A DNA stretch of 64,000 nucleotides from the NCBI RefSeq assembly GCF_009914755.1, contig NC_060933.1, one strand, 5' to 3'. Shown here in pieces: positions 40,291 to 51,309 of this stretch. The notes beneath the pieces were generated by a model. It was not told where the DNA came from and ran no database searches. It worked only from the letters and a program-made list of their open reading frames with translations. The first letter of the stretch is position 1. The number at the start of each line of letters is the position of its first letter. A program made the translations under genes and the position numbers. The stretch is from the human T2T-CHM13v2.0 reference genome, Homo sapiens.

Positions 40291-41519
40291 TGGATAATAG
40301 TTCTTTACTTTTAAAGATTTTAAGACAGATGGGCACATGTGCCTTTGCTAAAACAACACTCTGTAGATGAACCTCTTAAAGAAGGTATTTGCTATGATTG
40401 TCTGGCAATGAGGTTGCATGTAGAAAGAGGGAGGTTAGAAGATATGGTTATATTACCCGCTCTAATCTAACTATAGTTGTCCAGTTTTTGTTGATATGCT
40501 ACTTAGTATCTTAATTAATCCCTTAGGTATATGAGTTCCATAATTGATGATAATAAGCACTCAATCCCACAAATTTCATACAAGCTACAGTCTACTAAGA
40601 AGATATGGGATTCAATTGTTAGCAAATGGGATGTGAACACTGCTTTCCAAGTCTTTCTCAGTTTTGTACACAACATGCTGAGATGGTGGCTGTGGTTACA
40701 CATCTGTGAAGGATGGAAACCCAGCACAGAGGCTAAAGCCTCTTTCTTATGCTTCTAGCACATATCCCTGAATTCTCAGCACAATTATATTATATAGTTG
40801 AAAAATAAATGTAGTATTTTACACCAGTTTTCTACTATCAAGTTTTAAATGAGATTTCTTAAGAAACCACTAACACCATAGTACTACTCTTCACAGCTTA
40901 CACAATACTAAATAATGAATGAAAAATTATGAATAATCATTAAATATGCACAGCTGTTTTGCAACCACATAGTGAGGACCAACTCAAGGGCAAGTTGATC
41001 ACAAATCTCTTATTTCACAAGACCAAGAAAGATTGATAATAGCAGGCTGGGGAGAATCTAATATATCACCTATCAACTTTATCATTTATAAATAAGGAGT
41101 TTGGAGGAAACCATATCTCTTAGCATTACTATTAAATCAAAACCTTATTTTAAATTCATTTAAGGGAATTCACTGAGGCCTGTTTACTGTGCTAACTACT
41201 ATGCTAGGTACTATAGATAACAGATGAAACAACACTACACTGTGCACTGTATTAACTACCATAAAAAAGTAAAAGAAAATAAAAGGGTCATAGATTCAGA
41301 ACATATGTCAGAAGTAAACAGTGGAAAATATATATAGTGAACTGAAAAAAATTTTCCAACACTGAATTCTATATTAAATAAAAATATCCAAGAAAGAGGG
41401 TAAAATAGTTTCAGAAAAACAATGTCATGATCATTTTCCACAAGCTGACTCTATCAAATAAACACCTAAACTTACTGAAAGAAGGTCTTCAGGGAAAAGC
41501 AAAATGATTCCATGGGGAC

Positions 41520-41695
41520 TAACTGTTTAAAATGTACTAAAAGAGTAGATCTTAAGTATCTTCATCATACACAGACACACACAATAAGGGTAACTACATA
41601 TGATGATGGAGGGTTGATTAATGTAATATGTGTATGTGTGTATAAAATCATCACACTATGCCTTGAAAATATATTTATATATATATATACAATTT
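41520..41695 (+). mobile_element. L1MA9/10-like 3' fragment
   Basis: 'ctaaaagagtagatcttaagtatcttcatca..ggtaactac..gatgg'. Confidence 0.65.
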
Positions 41696-41839
41696 TCTAA
41701 GAATGAGTGAAAATTTGGGTACTGGTCTTTTTAAAAAGGTTAAAGGTCATGAAGACTTTATTATTTCTCTTCAGAAAACATTTAGTGAACACCTCTTCTG
41801 TGCTAGGTATTTCAGTACTAAAAGGTGAGCATTCCCTAA

Positions 41840-44690
41840 TAGAAAGAAAAAATATTATAAGGCGATGTTCATTTAACAAAAAAAGTGCAGGAAGAAATGA
41901 GAAGCCATAAAAATGAAAATATATTGGCAAATTTAAATAAGCATTAATTATATAAAGAAATAATAACATTTTGTGTTGAAAAATATAAAGAGATGTTTTT
42001 AATGTCCTACAATTATCACCTCTCGGCCTTTTGGCTAAAATCAAGTGAAATGTCCTATAATGATAGAATATAAATCAGGAGCAGTAATCAATGGAGTTAA
42101 AGTGTTCTCAGTTCTTTGTATAAGCAGATAGTAAAAGTACCAAATAATATTACACTTTTGCTGAGTGAGGGATATTGGTTAGTATATAATCCCTAAACAA
42201 ATAGAAATACTGTGTTATTCTTAAAATATAAAAAATAGAACAATAAAGATAACTTTATTGTTTCAATAAATATATTGTTTCAATAAAACTTCATTGTTTC
42301 AATAAATATATCTTTCTCTTTCTCCTTCTATCTCTGTTTCTATTTCTTTTCTTTCTTGCCTTTTTGGAAGGCCTTTCCTTTCTTTGCCTTCTTCTCATTT
42401 CTTCCTGCACTTTTTTGTTAAATGGACATGGCCTTATAATATTCTTTTTGGAAGGCAAGAAAGGAAAGAAACAGAAACAGAGATAGAAGGAGAAACAAAG
42501 TCTATAGATAGTAGATTTACAATCAAATATATCAATAACTAGGTTAGAATTAAATGAGATAAGCATTCCATTTAAAAGATGATACTTGCATACTAAATCA
42601 AAGAACAAACTTATATATTACATTTACAAGGAACATATTTACCAGACGAGGAAACAGAAAAATTGAAAACAAAGAATAGAAAGAGCATTCAAGTAATAAC
42701 TGAAAGGAAGCAGATGAATCCATATAAGTATCCATCAGAATACACTTTAAGGCAGAAGGCATTACTAAAGATTTTTTTTAAGTCATAATTAATGAGAAAA
42801 TTTTCATTTACCAGGAATATGTAACAATTCTAAATTTCCTCAAAATAGATGAAGGAAAAACTTGACAGAACTATAAAGAGAAATAAATAAATTCCAACAA
42901 TGATGAGAGATTATAATACATGCATTTCAAGAATCAATAATATATCAACAGGACAAAAATTAGTAAAAATAGTCAAGATTTGACCAATACAATTAACAAA
43001 ATTTATCTTATTGAACATGTTCTCTTTTTTCAGTTACACAGGAAACAATTTAAAGAATTTAACTTAAAGATTTTTCTTAAGTTGAGAAAACACTTAAAAG
43101 TTGATCATTATTAGGTCTTAAAACAAGCTTCAATGAATTTTAAAGAATTAAATAATACAGAGGACATTTTCTGAATGCAGAGTAATTAAGCTACAAATCA
43201 ATAACAAAAATATAGCTAGGAGATCCACATATGTTTGGAAATGTTAAAATGTACTTCAAAATAAGCATAGGTCCAAGAAGAAAATAAATTAAAATTGGAA
43301 AATAATTTTAATTGTATATTATACAGTTAGAATGAAATTAGATTAGTAATTAAGGCAAGCACTTTAGTTTTAAATGTATATTTTAGAAGAGAAGAAACTA
43401 AAATTAATGGAGTATGCCTCCAAAGAGAGTGAAATAAAGCCAAATACAGTAAAAGAAAGGACACAATCAAAATAAGATCAGAAATAAAGTACAATAATGT
43501 AAAATAGGATAAAATATCAAAAGTTGGTTACTTATAAAGACTAATAAAATTGGTAAATCTCTCATAACATTTTTCAATAAAAATATTTCTGAAAATAAAT
43601 CATTAAATGACTAAAACTAGTAAGACAATACTAGTAACAACCTTATTCCAATTAGTTTGAGAATTGATTAATAAACAACTTCTCTGAGAACTATGTTACC
43701 ACAGCTGACTCCAGAAGAAATTAAAAACCTGAATAGTTCTATGGAATTAAAGATAATTAATCAATATTTAATGTGCTTAACATGATCTTCAATACAAAAA
43801 TCTGACAAAGAAAATAAGAGGAAGATTATAAGCCCTTTTCACTCATGAGCACTGATGAAAAATTAAACAAAATATTAGCATATTTAATTGAGTAATATAA
43901 AATTGAAAATAGATTATTAGCATTAACAAGTTGAAAATGTATATGACAATCATAAAATTCTGTGTCATTCATGGGGGAAATAAACTTGAAAAACAAAAAC
44001 TAAATCTGGAGAGGATGAATTATATAAATCTTAGAAAAGAAGCTTAGCAAAACCCAGAGTAGACATTATTCTTAACAGTAATACCATGGGAATTTTCTTT
44101 TAAAATCAGAGAATAAAAATATCTTCCATTATGAATTCTATACAACATTGTTCTGGAGGTTCTAGCCAATGTACTGAGCCAAGAAAAGGAAATAAGAGGT
44201 ATACAACCTGGAAAGAAGTAGACAAAACTGTCATTCTCAAATGATAGAATTATGTAGAAAGAAAATCTAGAAGAATCTATCAAAAAATTATTCAAATTTA
44301 TGAGATTATGTAGCAACTTTGTTGGATCAAAATAATTCTTCAACAATCAATTGTATTTCTGTATACTAGAAATAAATAGAAGATAAAAAAATTTAATATG
44401 GTTTATTTACAATAGAATAAAAATACTGAATACTTGGGAATATATTTAATAAAAAATTTGAGATGTCTTTGGGGAATATTATAAAATTGTATTTTGAGGC
44501 TTAAATAGAGATATATAATTTTTTCATGACTTGGAAAATTCAATACTTGAAAGATGTTCCTTCTCTCCAAATTCATCTATAGAATGAAAGCATTTCTAAT
44601 TAATAAACCTACAGGAATTTGTAAAACTTGACAAGCTGATTCTCATTCCATATGGAAATGTGAAGAGTCAAGAACAGCCAAGACTATTTA
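41840..44690 (+). mobile_element. Old L1M(D/E) inter-ORF region and ORF2, decayed
   Basis: 'gtagatttacaatcaaatatatcaata', 'aacctgaatagt', 'caacattgttctggaggttctagccaatg', 'cttgacaagctgattct'. Confidence 0.8.
42015..42047 (+). pseudogene. 3'-truncated (tailless) U2 snRNA retropseudogene, U2 nt 1-33
   Basis: atcacctctcggccttttggctaaaatcaagtg matches U2 ATCGCTTCTCGGCCTTTTGGCTAAGATCAAGTG at 30/33. TSD aatgtccta(c/t)aat at 42001-42013 and 42049-42061. Confidence 0.92.
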
Positions 44691-44896
44691 TTGCATAGTG
44701 TTAGAATCCCCTAGGATACTTTCATTTTCCTCTTTCCATGACTCCTTTGTGATCTTAAGTTTACTTTTATTTCTAACAGCCAGTAGCTGCCATTCTGTTT
44801 TTCTAAGACTGTCCTTGTCCCAGCACTCAGAGGGGAGAGTCGGGACACCAATTAAGCAATATTAAGATAGCAGAACATAAAGCCAAGCTTCCTTGT

Positions 44897-45093
44897 CAGT
44901 GCAGACTTATCTATTAGACAAGTAGGCACTGTGCTTTGGGCCCACAATACTTTGTGGGGCCCCACAAATGCTTTTACTTTATTTTAGAATAAGAAGAAAA
45001 ATATGAATATAGTAATAATGAATCCATAAAATAGTACATCCAGTCTGAATTCTATTCATCTTTCTACAAATCTAGTCATAAAATATAAATTTA
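44897..45093 (+). mobile_element. hAT-Tip100 MITE (ORSL/MER91-like), truncated
   Basis: 'aagtaggcactgtgctttgggcccacaatactttgtggggcccc..aataatgaatcc..ccagtctgaattctattcatc'. Confidence 0.55.
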
Positions 45094-45570
45094 ATTCCAT
45101 TGTATATATGTACCACATTTTCTCTATCCAGCCCACAATTGTTGAACACCTAGATTGATTCCATGTCTTTGCTATTTTGAATATGCTGCGATAAACATGC
45201 AAGTGCAGGTGCATACATACAATGGAATACCACATAGCCATAAATAGCATAAAATTATATCCTTTGCAGCAACAAAGGATGCAGATAGAGACCATTATTT
45301 TAAGGGAATTAACACAGAAACAAAAAACCAAATGCTGCATGTTCTCACTTATAAGTGGGAGCTAAACCTTGAGTACACACAGATGAGAATCCAAAAGTCA
45401 GGAAGGAGGAAAGCGGGAAAGGGCTGAAAGAAAAACTTCTTATTGGATACTATGTTCACTATCTGAATGATGACATCAATAGAAGCCCAAACCCCAGCAT
45501 CATGGAATATACCCTTGTAATAAACCTTCACATGTACCCCTGAATCTAAAATTAAAAAAAAGTAAAAAAG
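45094..45570 (+). mobile_element. L1PB4-like 3' end with a 5' inversion (45094-45210 antisense)
   Basis: Antisense 'attccattgtatatatgtaccacattt..gcaagtgcaggtg', then sense 'catacatacaatggaatac...aatagaagcccaaacc..catgtacccctgaatctaaaa'. Confidence 0.85.
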
Positions 45571-45769
45571 CATGACTCCAACAATCAAAATATATATATA
45601 TATATACACACATATATAAATTATAATGCAGAGTAATACCCCGTGGGTTCAAACTGAAACTATCTTCTATGCGATTTGTCTGCTACTGCTCCTTTCCTTC
45701 CGTATCTTTCTCTGTCCTGTTTTCCTCAGTCCATTATCAGTTTCCTAATCTGCTTCTGCCAGACCCTAA

Positions 45770-47285
45770 CAAGGGCAACACTCTTTAAGAAGAACCAATG
45801 AAAGAACTTGCTCTCACCAACAGTAATAAAGATAAGTATAAACCATAGACCAATGGGAAAATAATAGAATCCAAAGATAGACTAACCCATATGTGTACAT
45901 GATCTTTTTAAAAAAGACGCCCTCAGATCAATGAGGAAAGAATTGTCTTTTCAATAAATATGACTTAGAATATTAGATACACATCTCTGGCCAAAGAAAC
46001 CTAAAAATTATATGGACAAGCAAAAGCCCAAGTCTCTACTCAAGAAGGAAAACAATGTGACTAATTCATGCTATCTGATATCAAGACTTAGAATTCTTAG
46101 ACTGCAGTAAGGAAGACAATCTTGCATAGGCTCACGAATAGATAAATAGGCTTAGAGAAGAGAATGAATCCCTGCATGTATGAAAACACAATGTCTAAGA
46201 TAGCTAGCATTGCAAATCTTAGATTAAAATATGCAATATTTAGTATGTTGCTATGAATATATAATTAACACCAAAAAAAATGAAGTAGAGTTACCACTTC
46301 ATGCCAACTACAAAAACAAATTTTTTTAAACTTCATGACAAAAGTATAGGAGAAATTTTTATGACTTTGGCATAGGAAATAATTTATTAAGTATAAACAA
46401 GTAATACATAAAATAAAATTTAACTAAGGTAATAAATTTAGAACTTACCATTCATAAAACAAAACTTTTTAAAGAAACTGCATAAGGAAGTTTGAAAAAG
46501 ATAAGTCTCAAAATAGCAGATAGTAATTCCAACCATTATTACTGATGGAATAATGGCCGATAATGGAAGCTGTAGTTTTGTTCAGCACTTTCCTTTTTAT
46601 GACTAAGAATTTAATTTAATTTTTTAAATGGAAGCCAAGTAAATTAGTTATCATTTTTGTTTCATAAAGTAATATTTTTGTTAGATTTGTTTACCTATAT
46701 AAGGAAGGAAATCAAGAGGAAAAAGTTAAGTAATCTACTTGAAAACGAGGAGGAGTCAATGATATAAAAACATGTATTTTACAAATAAAACATAAATGGC
46801 CAATAAATGAAAAAAGTTTTATTATTCCTAAATATAGAAACATATTTAAAACATGGGAAATATCATTACTGTCATTTCACCGGTAGAAAGCAAAAAGTCT
46901 GACTATGCAAAGAAGTGAAGATTTGTTGCTGTGGGGATACTCATCCACAGCTAGTAGGACTATACACTGTAAGCCACTTTGGATAGCTCTTTGGCATTAC
47001 CTTGCAAAGTTAAAAATGTGCATATTCAGTACAATCTTAATTTTAGGTATATCTTCCAGAAAAATTCTTACACATTTGCCAAGAAGACAGGTACAAGAAT
47101 GTCTATGGAAACATTGTTTGCTATAAGAAAACACTAGAAAAAATTCCACAGACAGGAAACAAAAATTGCTGTATTCATATGATGGAATAGGATACAGCCT
47201 TAAAAAATGAGTGTGCCTAACTATATCTCACATGGATAAATTTACAAATGTAATGTTGAGTAATATTTAAAAGCAAGTCATAGAA
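45770..47285 (+). mobile_element. Decayed L1ME ORF2 3' fragments
   Basis: 'gtcttttcaataaat', 'atcaagactt', 'ttttaggtatatc..agaaaaattctt', 'catggataaa..aatgttgag..gcaagtca'. Confidence 0.6.
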
Positions 47286-47669
47286 AATTCACTCATTTCC
47301 TTGACTTAACACCAGATTACTTAACTAAAAATAAACATAATAATACCTACCTAACAGAGTTATAGTGAAGATTAAATGAGACTATATTTTAAAGACATAA
47401 TATATGCCTAAAGAGGTTTGTCTGTTTCAACTTCATATTCTCAAGTATAAAATAATAATGTAAAAATGTTATGGAAACAACATAAAGTAACAAAATTGTT
47501 TTGAAGAAGTGTAATAACTTTAAAATCACTTCAGAAGCATCTCCTCATGTGCATGACGGATATAATTCTAAAAGTTATAATTCATGTAACACACAAGCAA
47601 AATAAGAGTTTTTAGTCAATGCCAGATATTTTTATAATAGATAAAATAATAATTAATCTGTGTAATAAG

Positions 47670-47830
47670 AACAGCTATTTCTAATGGCACACTTTGCCAT
47701 GTATCAGCCACTGTCACAAGAAACTGAAATTCATTACTTCATTAATTCTTGGAAAAACTCTCTCAGACAGCTAACTTTGTTAGTCCCATTTTACAGAGAA
47801 GCAAATTAAGGGTTTGGAAATACATTATTA
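47670..47830 (-). mobile_element. MIR fragment
   Basis: 'gttagtcccattttacagagaagcaaattaaggg'. Confidence 0.55.
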
Positions 47831-49208
47831 CATTTTCAAAAATCCAAATAGTTTCATTTCCTCAATATAATCACTGATAGCATTTCAAAGTGATTTCTTC
47901 ATTCTTTTTCACTAAACATCACATATCTATTTAATGTTAATTAAGTTTCTCTATACAGTGTTTTTAAGTTGCTTAGTTTTCTTAATGTTGGATGTTTAAG
48001 ATTCTAAAAATTGTGGTCTCTAGTGATAATGTTGCAATGGCTATCTTGAACAAAAAGCTTTATTTTGTACTATGTTTTAGATCATGTACTTAAGATACTT
48101 CACGACAAACATACAGATTCTCATTTTTTAAAACTCTTGATGGAAATGGGCAATTTGTTGTCCTGAAAGTTTGTACTAAGATACAGTATCATCATATATA
48201 CATTCAGATTTGAAAACACATATACATATAGATGTGCATATATGTGATTTTAATCATTTCATTCAGTATGTTTGTAATATTTATTTTTTGAATTACAATT
48301 TGAAAACAAGCTAATCTGGTATAGGTGAATGAGAATTTCAGAAATTACTGCTAACATCACCCAACAGAAAGAAATATTTTCAACTCTCTGCTAGAACGAA
48401 AATCATGAAAGCAAATAAAATTTCACCATGCAGAGATTAGAGAAACAAATTTGTCCAAAAGGATAAACAAAAAACACCACTGCTAATGGAAGAGACAGGT
48501 GCTAGACAAGAAAATGAGTGTGTAGAATTGAAGACTAAGGTTTGTTAGGTTTCAAGAAACAGATGACTAAAAAACGTGAATGATTCCTTTTTCAGGGCTA
48601 TCAGGGTGAAAGGACTTATAAATGATCAATTTTCTCGTCTGTGAAGTTTGAAATGAAGGATTACTTCAACTGACAGGCAAAGAAAAGAAAGGTTGCTGAA
48701 AAGAAGGCACACAAATTGGTAGTGGGAAATGACTGTCAAAAAAATAGCATATTTTTGAGGAAATTTTAAGACTTAAAGAAAATTAAATATCAATGGAATA
48801 GTTATAATCTAAAGAAAAAAGAGTCAAAGCCAGCAAAGGTAACACACCCTTTTCTTCATTAAATTTACTAAATATTTTTATTACCTAATAGATGGGCACT
48901 AAATTTGGTCCTAAATAAGGACTACATTAGACTTTGTCCCTGTACTATAGAGGTCGAGAGACTATTTGGAGAGTAAACAAATAAAGGCAATTATAACACT
49001 CGGTGATACATCTTTAGTAATTACAAAAAAATGCACACAGTTAAACAAAGGAACGACCTTATTTAAACTGTGAATTAGCAAAGTTGACAGTGTCGACTTT
49101 ACTTTTAAGATACTAGCCAGTGTTATCAAAAGTGAGCATATAGACAATTTTATTCACTTTTTGTGGCACTATAAATTATTGCCATCTTTCTAAAGTTGAA
49201 TTTGACCC

Positions 49209-49603
49209 TGTCAAAAACAGTAAAGTATCTGAGATTTTACCTTCCTTGCAAGTGAAAATTTAGCCTACAACATTCCCATGGAGGCTGGCCAAAGTTTTGA
49301 GACTCCTGTAGCCACAATATTATTTCTTTGTTGTGCCAGTTCTCCAAACCCGAACTGGCACAGAGTGAAGCAAAGATCACATGACACATGATATACCATA
49401 AATTGTAACACAAGAGAGGAACCTGAACCTAATTATTTTATGCTGGACAGAAAGTGCCCATTGCTCTGGAGGAAGACATTATCTCTCTCTTCCAAGATTG
49501 CTCACCACACAATCATTTATAAAAAACTGGAGCAAAAGTAGTGAGTGATTCCTTATAAGACATAAGGGTATGTGAGAAACTCCTGAAAAATTGTCTCCCA
49601 ACA
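49209..49603 (-). mobile_element. LTR40-like ERVL solo LTR
   Basis: TG...CA termini. The minus strand begins 'tgttgggagacaat' and contains 'ttggaagagagagataatgtcttcctccagagcaa'. TSD gaccc/gatcc (49204-49208, 49604-49608). Confidence 0.75.
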
Positions 49604-50089
49604 GATCCTAAATATAAAAAGTCTTAAAAAATATCTGACATTGCATGAAGAATGGAATTGTTCAATCAGAATCAAATGAATCAAAGATCTTAATATGGAA
49701 ATAACAATTTCAAGTATACAAGTAATTATGAGGAATGGGAAGAGGTTTGAGAACACCACTATGTGACAAGTCCTTTCTTGTCACATCAGCTTCTAAGACT
49801 AGTGTATAGTCACATTACTTGCAAAGAAGAGAGTTGTTTCCATCATAAAACATCTCAATGTCATACTCAGTTATTTATATAGCATAAGTGATATATTGCA
49901 GGCATCTATCCCCCATAAATGTAAGTTTGTTTTCTACAGTTCTAGACAGACTGAGTATACCCTGCTAAAAGCATTTCATAATAAAGACTTCCCTGCTGGT
50001 AAACACCATCGTTGGGTTTGCAATCAGTTATGGTATTAATATATTTACTAGAAGGTTGGTGAGGTAGGTGTTTTTATTATTCTCAATTT

Positions 50090-50240
50090 ATTTAACTTCT
50101 TGGCACCTCCGTTTTCTTACCCACAAAATAAGAAAAATAAAAGCAGATACCTCACATTTATTACATAGAATAAGTGAGTCAATACCTGAGTATGTAAAGC
50201 ATTTAGAATAGTGCCTTGCATATTCTAAAACCTATTGTTA
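50090..50240 (+). mobile_element. MIR fragment
   Basis: 'cctccgttttctta..aaaata' and 'tgtaaagcatttagaatagtgcct'. Confidence 0.6.
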
Positions 50241-50969
50241 ACACTATAATTGTAGAATAATAAAGTCCTTCTAGGAAAATGTTTACAATTTTTGATATAT
50301 TCACACGATAATATATAATACAATCTTTTTTGCTTTTGAAAAATATTTAATGCAATAAGACAATGCTCATAATATATGGTTAAATAAAACTAGTTGGACT
50401 CAAAACTGTATTCCCATATTATACCTGTTTTGCAAATATGCACACATGTATATACATCAACACTCATTAAATATACTAAAGGAAATCTCCAAATATTAAT
50501 GCTAACTTTGGTTAGGAGTAGATTCTTCTTCTTTACATATTTTCTCATAATTTCCATAATAAATTTTTAAAGGATTAGACTCTGTAATACTTTTATAGAA
50601 AAACCTAACACTGTTGAATGAGTTTTTTAAATAACTATTTAAATTCCATTTGTAATAGTATGCGAAGCTGATAAACCCAGGTGGATTCAACTTCCCTTCA
50701 AAATGCTTTTTTACTAGTTCTTTCAAATTACACAAAGCACCTATTTAAGATGAAAAATATTTGCATTGTATTATTATAGTGCTTCCACTTTTTAATTGTT
50801 TTTGTACCCCCAAACCAATGCCTTGTTTATCCCATTTATAATGCTTTCAATATATGAGACCCATATTAATGTCTCCTACACATTACAGAAAGTGTCTTCA
50901 TTCATTCAATAGAAGATGTTTCGATGTAGATTCTCTTTATCCTCCTTCACAATTTTGAGTGCTATAATA

Positions 50970-51309
50970 CAGGGGTTCCCAACCCCTGGGCCTTGAACCG
51001 GTACTGGTCCGTTGCCTGTTAGGCTGTTAGGAACAGGGCCGCACAGCAGGAGGTGAGCAGCTGGCAAGGACGCATTACTTCCTGAGCTCCGCCTCCTATC
51101 AGATCAGCAGCGACTTTCGATTCTCATAGGAGTGCGAACCCTATTGTGAACTGTGCATGCAAGAGATCTAGGTTGCGGGCTCCTTATGAGAATCTAATGC
51201 CTGATGACGTGAGGTGGAACAGTTTCATCCTGAAACCATTTCCTCCATCCATGGAAAAACTGTCTTCCATGAAACCAGCCCCTGGTGCGAAAAAAGCTGG
51301 GGACTGCTG
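50970..51309 (+). mobile_element. MER1B hAT-Charlie MITE, full length
   Basis: Ends caggggttcccaacc / gctggggactgctg. 8-bp TSD ctataata/ctgtaata (50962-50969, 51310-51317). Confidence 0.93.
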
